The position numbers and the translations under genes were made by a program. This document shows positions 57,185 to 64,000 of a stretch of 64,000 nt of DNA, one piece after another (position 1 is the first letter of the stretch; each line of letters starts with the position of its first letter). Origin of the DNA: Ignavibacteriales bacterium (lineage in GTDB: Bacteria; Bacteroidota; Ignavibacteria; Ignavibacteriales; SURF-24); the NCBI GenBank assembly GCA_026390815.1, contig JAPLFH010000011.1, positions 2,122 to 66,121 on the forward strand. Reading direction: 5' to 3'. The notes beneath the pieces are model-generated. The model saw only the letters and a list, made by a program, of their open reading frames with translations, was not told the origin of the DNA and made no database searches.

Positions 57185-58381
57185 ATGGAATGGATACTTC
57201 TAATTATCTGGTTAGCAATCATTAATGGTGGTTTGGGTGGACAATATATTCTTAACTGGATGGGCACCCAGCCTAAGTACACAGGCGGTAAAGCATTAGA
57301 TATTTCACCAGGAGTAATGACCTGGTGGAGAGAAATTTCAAAATTACTTTGGGCGGTTATAGCTGTAACTATTGAAATAATTCGTGGGAAGAAATTAAAA
57401 TATTTTTGGCCTGGCATCATTTCAATGTACACTATTATTATTTGTGCATTTACCGGAGTTATAGAGAATATCGGATTTTTTTATCTTCCAAGGTATTATT
57501 CACCACATATTTATGCACCCTATCTTAACGTCTATTTAGCCTTTCTACCATTTTTCGGAAAATTTCTTTTCGATGCGGTAATTAGAAAGGAACATTGGAT
57601 AGGAATTTCTCTTGTTATAATTGGTCTTGCAGTTCCACATATTCCCTGGATGATTGGAGAAATAAGAGATCCAAATGAAGTTTTGGATTTTAGCGCTATT
57701 ATCTGGGTTATAATTATAAATTGCTGTCTTTTATCTCAACAGGTACTAAATAACAAAACTGTACAAACTGCAAAAGCGGGAGTTGGTCCAAATGCTTTAG
57801 TAGTATGGCGGGAAATATGGAAAATGGTTTTTATTTGTTCAGCTCTATTTATATTCCCCATTGTTGCAACTTTGTTAAGAGCAAATATTCCAGATAAGAT
57901 TGAAGCATCAAAATTTGAAAATTCTGTACTCTTAAAACTTGATGAAAAGAAAAAAACTTATCTTCTTGATTATTATGATAAATCTGATAAAGAATATGTA
58001 TTAAAAAATAATCTTCCTAAGGAAGTTGAAAATAATATTGAAACAATAATATCATCTACCGGATACCATAGATTTTTTGCTTTATTTCAAGGAAACATTA
58101 TTCCCAATAACTGGTTACCGATTTTATTTGTAATTGCGGCTGGTTTTACTGGATACATTTATAGTTTTGGGTTTTTTAAGTTATCTAAATTTGCTGCTCA
58201 CTTCTGGATGCCATATACAAACGTTTGGCTGGCTCTGCTTCCATTTGTAATGTTGTTGTTTGGCAAAAATGTAACTATTTATCAAATAGCAGGAGCCGTA
58301 GTAGTAACATCCGGATTGATGGTTGGAGTTTTAGACATTAGTCGTAATAAAGTTGAAGAGATTGAGAAAAAAATTAAATGA
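57185..58381 (+). CDS. membrane protein with internally duplicated DMT/EamA-like halves and a soluble insert
   Basis: The two halves align to each other: 'MTWWREISKLLWAV' / 'LVVWREIWKMVFIC'; 'APYLNVYLAFLPFFGKF' / 'MPYTNVWLALLPFVMLL'; 'IGISLVIIGLAV' / 'IAGAVVVTSGLMV'. Confidence 0.55.
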   Translation: MEWILLIIWLAIINGGLGGQYILNWMGTQPKYTGGKALDISPGVMTWWREISKLLWAVIAVTIEIIRGKKLKYFWPGIISMYTIIICAFTGVIENIGFFYLPRYYSPHIYAPYLNVYLAFLPFFGKFLFDAVIRKEHWIGISLVIIGLAVPHIPWMIGEIRDPNEVLDFSAIIWVIIINCCLLSQQVLNNKTVQTAKAGVGPNALVVWREIWKMVFICSALFIFPIVATLLRANIPDKIEASKFENSVLLKLDEKKKTYLLDYYDKSDKEYVLKNNLPKEVENNIETIISSTGYHRFFALFQGNIIPNNWLPILFVIAAGFTGYIYSFGFFKLSKFAAHFWMPYTNVWLALLPFVMLLFGKNVTIYQIAGAVVVTSGLMVGVLDISRNKVEEIEKKIK

Positions 58382-58405
58382 TTAACTTTTAGTATTTTTT
58401 AACCA

Positions 58406-58999
58406 ATGAAACAAAAAGTTGATTTCAAAGTAATTATTGTAATTTTATTCGCAAGTTCAATCCTCGGTATATTATTTAATTTTTTCTATTCAAAAGGAAT
58501 TTCCTTAATACGAAAAGAAAAAGTAATCGCCTGGGCGAAGGATTCGATTGTGAATGGAAATGTTGAAAGTGAAATTAAAGATAAAATAATTAGCGGAGTT
58601 AAAAAGAAAGAGAATATACAGTCAAAACAATTATCTGATGGAAAGAACAAAGACAACCAAATTCTTTTAAAACCAGCATTTATTTATTTGAAGCAAGCTT
58701 CCACTCTATTCAAATCAAAGAAAGCAATTTTTATAGATGCGCGCGATAAATGGGATTTTGCAGATGGACATATTCCAAATGCATTAAATATTCCAGAGTA
58801 CAGTTTTGATAATAGCAATCCAATTTTACAAACAATTCCATTGGATAAGACAATCGTTACTTACTGTGGAGGTGATGATTGCGATATTAGTTCTAAACTC
58901 GCAGAAAATTTATTCGGTTTAGGTTACAAAAAAGTATTTATTTTTTTTGGTGGATGGAATGAATGGATAAAAGCCGGGTATCCGTCTGAGGTTAAATAG
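58406..58999 (+). CDS. membrane-anchored rhodanese-domain protein
   Basis: N-terminal TM. 'FIDARD...F..GHIPNALNIP' and active-site loop 'YCGGDDCDIS'. Confidence 0.75.
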   Translation: MKQKVDFKVIIVILFASSILGILFNFFYSKGISLIRKEKVIAWAKDSIVNGNVESEIKDKIISGVKKKENIQSKQLSDGKNKDNQILLKPAFIYLKQASTLFKSKKAIFIDARDKWDFADGHIPNALNIPEYSFDNSNPILQTIPLDKTIVTYCGGDDCDISSKLAENLFGLGYKKVFIFFGGWNEWIKAGYPSEVK

Positions 59000-59093
59000 T
59001 GGAAGATGGAATAAGGTTGATGGAATGTAATTACGGTTTATCAATAATAATATTTAACGTAAATTTTAGTATCGAAACAACATTCGTGAATTT

Positions 59094-59561
59094 ATGAAAG
59101 AAATTATTTCTAATAAATATTTGCTTCTTGTTTCAAGACTTGTATTAGGATTTATATTTATATACGCCGCTGTTGAAAAGATTGCCGATCCTTCTGGATT
59201 TGCAGATTCAATTTATAACTATAAAATTCTTCCACCTTATTTTATAAATATTATTGCAATTGTTATTCCCTGGATTGAATTTATTGCAGGTTTGTTTTTA
59301 ATATTTGGAGTAGCAATAAAGGAAAACGCTTTCATTATAAATACATTTCTGGTTTTATTTTTATTTCTTATCACCATTAGTCTATTTAGAGGATTGAATA
59401 TTGATTGCGGCTGTTTTGGAACTGTTGGTGGTGAATCCGTTGGAATAAAAAAAATAATCGAAGATGTTTTGCTGCTATTACTTGGTATTCAAATTTATTA
59501 TTTTGATTCAAAATCCTTTTCAATCAACTCAATTAAAACAAATGGAATTAAAAATCAATAG
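59094..59561 (+). CDS. MauE/DoxX-family membrane protein
   Basis: Four TM helices and the 'DCGCFG' motif typical of MauE-like proteins. Confidence 0.7.
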   Translation: MKEIISNKYLLLVSRLVLGFIFIYAAVEKIADPSGFADSIYNYKILPPYFINIIAIVIPWIEFIAGLFLIFGVAIKENAFIINTFLVLFLFLITISLFRGLNIDCGCFGTVGGESVGIKKIIEDVLLLLLGIQIYYFDSKSFSINSIKTNGIKNQ

Positions 59562-60909
59562 TTTTTCCAACTTCAGCATAATGAACTTTGATGTGCGGAT
59601 ATTTTAACAATATATTATACCCCATCCAATTTATTCCCTCGTTATCACCATGAATCAAAATTACTCTTGAAGGATTAGTTTGTTTTACAATTTCTAATAA
59701 TTCCTCTCTTTTTGCATGTGCAGAAAAGCGAAATTTATCAATTAAACATTTTACTTTAATGGTAGTTGAAAAATCCTTCAATTGAATTTTATCTCCTTTT
59801 TGTGCATTGGCTATTTTATATCCTGGCGTATCGGGATCCATATAACCAACTACAAATATTGCAAACTTATCCTGTTTTAACCAATCCTGTGCTAATTGAA
59901 ATGAAAGAGTACCTTCAATCACCATCCCGCTTGGTGCAAGAACAATGGATGGATTTTTTCTGAACATATTAAAGTCGGCTTCATAAATTTCTTTTTGCGG
60001 AATTTCCGATAATTCAAATTCCTGATCAATTCTACGGGTAACATAACGATTGTAATCATAAATTCTATTTATTTTTTTCCCTATTCCCCCGGAATAAATA
60101 TCAGTTTTAATAAGAAGACCTTTAGACATCAAGTTCCAGATGGTTGCAAGAATTTCTTGCATTTTACCAAGAGAAAAAACAGGAATTAATATTGAACCTC
60201 CATTCTGTAATATCTGGTTAGCACTTGAAGAAAACCTTTTAGCCTCATTCCACCAGATTGGAATTTGAGAAGAATCTGTTGAACCATAAGTAGTTTCCAG
60301 AATTAAAGTATCAACTTTTTGGTTATTTAAACTTGCACCTTTTATTATCGCTTGATCAGAAAGATTAATATCACCTGTATAAAATATTCTTTCATTTTCA
60401 CTTTCGATCAGAATACCACTGGAACCTAAGATATGACCAGCATCTATAAATGTAATTTTTATTTGTTCTTTGTTATGTCCCTTAAATCCAGCAACAGTAA
60501 ATTGATTACTATGTTCAACGTAATTAATGCTCTTTATCAGAAGATCAATTTCATCGTGAGTGTATGGACTTAATTTTGGATCTTTAAGTGATTGTTCTTC
60601 CAGAATGGAAACGGTATTATGCAAAGTAATTTCTGAAATTGCTCTTGTTTGTGGGGTAGAAAAAATTTTTATATACGGATGCTGTTTTACCAGAAATGGT
60701 AAAGCACCAATATGATCGTGATGAGCGTGCGATAAAAACACGAAATCAACATCTTTATCTTTAATCAAATCCAGTTTTGGTAGTGCATCAATTCCAATTT
60801 TTCTAGGATGCATTCCACAATCCAGGATAATTCCTGTTCCGTTAATATTTAAATAAAAACAACTGGAGCCTATCTCGCCAGCACCACCAAGCGGTAAAAA
60901 TTTAATCAT
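59548..60909 (-). CDS. MBL-fold / beta-CASP ribonuclease-like hydrolase
   Basis: 'LSHAHHDHIGALP', 'DAGHILGS', 'ETTYG', C-terminal 'SAHA' and 'LIHGD' (beta-CASP motifs A-C). Confidence 0.8.
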   Translation of the reverse strand: MIKFLPLGGAGEIGSSCFYLNINGTGIILDCGMHPRKIGIDALPKLDLIKDKDVDFVFLSHAHHDHIGALPFLVKQHPYIKIFSTPQTRAISEITLHNTVSILEEQSLKDPKLSPYTHDEIDLLIKSINYVEHSNQFTVAGFKGHNKEQIKITFIDAGHILGSSGILIESENERIFYTGDINLSDQAIIKGASLNNQKVDTLILETTYGSTDSSQIPIWWNEAKRFSSSANQILQNGGSILIPVFSLGKMQEILATIWNLMSKGLLIKTDIYSGGIGKKINRIYDYNRYVTRRIDQEFELSEIPQKEIYEADFNMFRKNPSIVLAPSGMVIEGTLSFQLAQDWLKQDKFAIFVVGYMDPDTPGYKIANAQKGDKIQLKDFSTTIKVKCLIDKFRFSAHAKREELLEIVKQTNPSRVILIHGDNEGINWMGYNILLKYPHIKVHYAEVGKTIDF

Positions 60910-60927
60910 CTTATTTTTATGTTTATA

Positions 60928-62385
60928 TTACCAATTATTGATCATAACATCTGCACTAATTTCAAAAGAATTTCTTTTAAATTCACTCTGGTTAACTGCT
61001 AACTTGGACCCATAGCTTGCATTTACTTCGATTGTAAAGTTAGTAAACAAAAATCCAAAGCCACCGCTAAAAACATTTTCATTCAAATTCTTTCCACCAC
61101 TTCGCAAATCCCAGGAATTAAAAATATAATTGTACCCGATCCGAAGAAATAAATTGCTTATTACTTTTACCTCACAACCCAATTTAATTGAATGTACTTC
61201 GGAGGATAACTTTCTATACACATTATCAATATATTTGGCTGAATCAGCTTCTGTTTTTCCGTAATTATATTCAGTCCCAAACAAAAACTTTTTATCATCA
61301 GTTTGATAGGAAATACCAATACCAGCATTATAACCATTTACTTTCCATTTCCAGAGCAATAAATTTTCTCCAGAATTTTTTGACCAGCTTTTGCTTTGGA
61401 AAAATTTAAACATCGTTCCAATTTTATAATTTTTAGTTACACCATACCTGGTTGCAAACTCAAAATTAGCATTGTTAAAATCTGCGTACCCCTCTTCATA
61501 ATTAATTAAGTTTTCCTGGGGAATCAAAATCCTTGTACCAATTTGATCATTGTTTAGCTTCAACGCAAAAGCTAAATCTTTTATTGGCGAATAAGAAACC
61601 TGCAAACCTAACAACAAACCTTTTTTTCTTAATTTCTGATCTACTGTGCTTCCCCTTTCAATTATAAAGTATTTTTCTCCACGGTAATTTAAGATTTCCA
61701 GATATGTTAATTCTTCGCTCTTACTTTCAATTGATTCTTGAGAATCATAAAATCCAATGTGCATCCCAAAAATAAAATCATTAGAGAACTGATACGAAAG
61801 ACCAAATTTACCATCAAGAATTCTTAACAAAGTTTTAGCATGGGAATACTTCTTTTTTAATCCGTTTAAAATCTTATAATTCATTTCAGCACCGGCAAAG
61901 AAATTATCATTTAATTGCCGGTTGTATATAAAACCGATTGATGGTCCATCATAAATAAAATTTCCGGTAGCAGAATCAGTCATAAAAAATGCTTCGCCAG
62001 AGTATGTATCATATTTTAATGTATTTGGTAAATCTGATTTTCTTTCAACTGAATAGGATGCTGTACCCAGAAATGTTTCATTAGAGCTTAGCTGTTTTAT
62101 TCCTGAAGCAGTTAATTTTTGGTTATGTATTCCAAGTGGATCTAAATTCCTTTTATAATTTCCCCAATTATTGTCTATGTTTGTTATAAACTTAAGCTTA
62201 TCTGTTTTTTCATCTTGAATTAGCCATGAAGGATTATTGCCATAGTCGTATAAATTCAACGAATTATCAATATCGTCAATTGCTAAAATCATTCCACCCA
62301 TCGAAGCTAACCTAACATTTTGAGCCGGTACAACTATGGGAATTAGAAATAATGTAATTAGTAAAATCGGATAACTTAATTTCAT
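60928..62385 (-). CDS. outer-membrane beta-barrel protein (DUF6850-like by my recollection)
   Basis: ATG at 62385 yields the signal peptide 'MKLSYPILLITLFLIPIVVPAQ'. Alternating beta-strand pattern throughout, aromatic C-terminus '..MINNW'. Confidence 0.6.
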   Translation of the reverse strand: MKLSYPILLITLFLIPIVVPAQNVRLASMGGMILAIDDIDNSLNLYDYGNNPSWLIQDEKTDKLKFITNIDNNWGNYKRNLDPLGIHNQKLTASGIKQLSSNETFLGTASYSVERKSDLPNTLKYDTYSGEAFFMTDSATGNFIYDGPSIGFIYNRQLNDNFFAGAEMNYKILNGLKKKYSHAKTLLRILDGKFGLSYQFSNDFIFGMHIGFYDSQESIESKSEELTYLEILNYRGEKYFIIERGSTVDQKLRKKGLLLGLQVSYSPIKDLAFALKLNNDQIGTRILIPQENLINYEEGYADFNNANFEFATRYGVTKNYKIGTMFKFFQSKSWSKNSGENLLLWKWKVNGYNAGIGISYQTDDKKFLFGTEYNYGKTEADSAKYIDNVYRKLSSEVHSIKLGCEVKVISNLFLRIGYNYIFNSWDLRSGGKNLNENVFSGGFGFLFTNFTIEVNASYGSKLAVNQSEFKRNSFEISADVMINNW

Positions 62386-62408
62386 AAATTCAAAGAAAAA
62401 TAAATTTG

Positions 62409-63509
62409 CTATTGATATCCCGGTGTTGGAGGTTGAATAATATCCCAATCCAACAAAGAATTATTTGTATCTATACCAGGTTCTCTACGCTGAATAGATT
62501 TACCGCTGTATTTGCTTGGTCCAATTACATATCCTCTGTCTACCCTTTGATCCAGAGTTTTTGCCTGAGATGCACTTGGTTGAAACTCCACGCCATCAAT
62601 AATATCAGTAATATTTATTCCATCTTGCCAAACAGAATCAATTCCCTTTGATATTACAATTATATCGAAGTTCAAATTTATTATAAAATCTGTTTTAATT
62701 TCGGATCGGAGATTAATTAAGTTTGGAACACTTGGATTATCAATATCATCTGTAGCGTATTGATTATAAAACTCCCAATCCGCATGCGATAAATCTATAC
62801 TGTTCGCAGTAATGTTTTTATGATTAACTGCATCAACTGCTAATGTTAGAAATGTCTTTGGAAAGAATGGATAATTATTTTCCCCTGGCTTTCCAGGAAA
62901 TTTATAAATGTAAGATACTCCGTCTATATCTGCGTCGTTCCCTTCGTCCGCTCCCGGTCCTTTATTTCCTAATTCGTTATTGCCAGAAAATCGCATAACC
63001 ATTATTCCATCTAAATATTTTATGCTGCTGCTGGAGTTATACAATTCTATAAACTGATCTGAGTAATAAGAAATGGAATTAACGGGTCCAACATAATAAA
63101 CTTCATTCAAAACTAATTCATCGTTAGAAAATGGACTTGCGACAACTGTATCAGTAAATGTTTGCCCGGATTTAATCGAAACCGAAAAAATGGAGCCGAT
63201 CAATATTATATTTGGATCCCTGGAGTAAGGCATTCGGATTGAGATATTATATGTTGAGGCTGGTAAATTACTTAAATTTAGCGAACCCGAATTGTCAGTA
63301 TAAAATATTTGAATCCCATACTCAGATGTAACGATAACTTTCGCATTTATCAAAGGGATTGGATTTTGCGTTGAGTCCAACTCAGGATCATTCCAAAGAG
63401 CAATTAATTTTATAGTTGAATTACCATCCTGAAGTGATGGTGGATTTTCTGAACAACCGGTTAAGTAAACAAAAAGAACTATTATTATAACAAATAAAAA
63501 CTGTTTCAT
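62409..63509 (-). CDS. lipoprotein with lamin-tail-like (LTD) domain (DUF4876-like by my recollection)
   Basis: Lipobox 'LTGC', a CarboxypepD_reg-like N-domain, and the LTD signature 'LVLNEVYYVGP......DQFIELYN'. Confidence 0.6.
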   Translation of the reverse strand: MKQFLFVIIIVLFVYLTGCSENPPSLQDGNSTIKLIALWNDPELDSTQNPIPLINAKVIVTSEYGIQIFYTDNSGSLNLSNLPASTYNISIRMPYSRDPNIILIGSIFSVSIKSGQTFTDTVVASPFSNDELVLNEVYYVGPVNSISYYSDQFIELYNSSSSIKYLDGIMVMRFSGNNELGNKGPGADEGNDADIDGVSYIYKFPGKPGENNYPFFPKTFLTLAVDAVNHKNITANSIDLSHADWEFYNQYATDDIDNPSVPNLINLRSEIKTDFIINLNFDIIVISKGIDSVWQDGINITDIIDGVEFQPSASQAKTLDQRVDRGYVIGPSKYSGKSIQRREPGIDTNNSLLDWDIIQPPTPGYQ

Positions 63510-63517
63510 AATTTAAA

Positions 63518-64000
63518 CTAAAATAAGTCTTCTAAAATCATACTGAATTCTATTCCGTAATAAATAGGTGGATTTCTTTTAATCTCTGAAATAGTAGTTG
63601 GAGAACTGGAATACTGCCAAACAGCTGAGTCATCAATAAAATTATTCACGTAAAAAGAAATTTCTGATCCAGTAAAAAGAGATTTGCTAATATTAATATC
63701 AAGCAACCATTTAGAATTTTTCCTTCTCATTTCTCTATCAAAATTAAAATTTAATTGCTCGCTTGTATTCAATTTAGTAAAGTCCATTGGCTCAAGTGAG
63801 TAAAATTGATTTCTTTCAAATACAATTTGCTCCGCTCTAAATGTAACCCATAAACCCAGTTTAGGAAGTGTGTATCGTATCAAATAATTAAATTGTAGTC
63901 TATCGCTCCAGCTTCCTTTGGGTGGAAAAACAAATCCGATTAAAGTATCTGATCCGGAAGTTGGCTTGTAATTAGGAATTTGCCCTTTCAATATATTTGG
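63518..64000 (-). CDS. TonB-dependent receptor, C-terminal part (gene continues beyond the window)
   Basis: Beta-strand pattern ending in the terminal aromatic '..YGIEFSMILEDLF'. The reading frame is open to the window edge. Confidence 0.65.
   Translation of the reverse strand, partial: PNILKGQIPNYKPTSGSDTLIGFVFPPKGSWSDRLQFNYLIRYTLPKLGLWVTFRAEQIVFERNQFYSLEPMDFTKLNTSEQLNFNFDREMRRKNSKWLLDINISKSLFTGSEISFYVNNFIDDSAVWQYSSSPTTISEIKRNPPIYYGIEFSMILEDLF

Overview
AT-rich (about one-third G+C by eye) chromosomal segment. It is most consistent with an FCB-group bacterium, probably Ignavibacteriota-like. Support: T9SS C-terminal sorting domains, a GWxTD protein, a TonB-receptor/LTD-lipoprotein/beta-barrel operon, class 1B dihydroorotate dehydrogenase, and clear Shine-Dalgarno use. 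I call about 55 protein genes and 2 tRNAs (Leu-UAG, Arg-UCG). Most are housekeeping: clpP-tig, CCA-adding enzyme, adk, ftsE, pdxA, rho, folC, pyrK-pyrD, alr, pmbA/tldD, comEC, dtd, prmC, tadA. I saw no rRNA, CRISPR array, transposase, integrase or phage genes. Accessory-looking content: (1) at 39.8-50.4 kb, a tandem array of four large T9SS-sorted paralogues plus one 5' relic. They share a ~430-aa core domain I cannot assign to any family, and neighbouring copies alternate near-identical blocks with divergent cassettes. (2) A TolC/MacA/ABC efflux operon with one ATPase and four MacB-type permeases arranged A-B | terminator | A-B. (3) A VWA + ChlI/MoxR-like AAA+ pair with non-canonical Walker A and B motifs. 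(4) A Tat-signal TldD next to a signal-less PmbA. (5) A Ser/Thr kinase fused to an extracytoplasmic 7-blade Asp-box propeller, followed by a polytopic membrane gluzincin. (6) Three kinds of short tandem repeats whose unit length is not a multiple of 3 (heptamers and octamers); one kind also occurs inside the coding sequence of a secretion tag. All functional calls come from motif recognition in the supplied translations. No database search was run.
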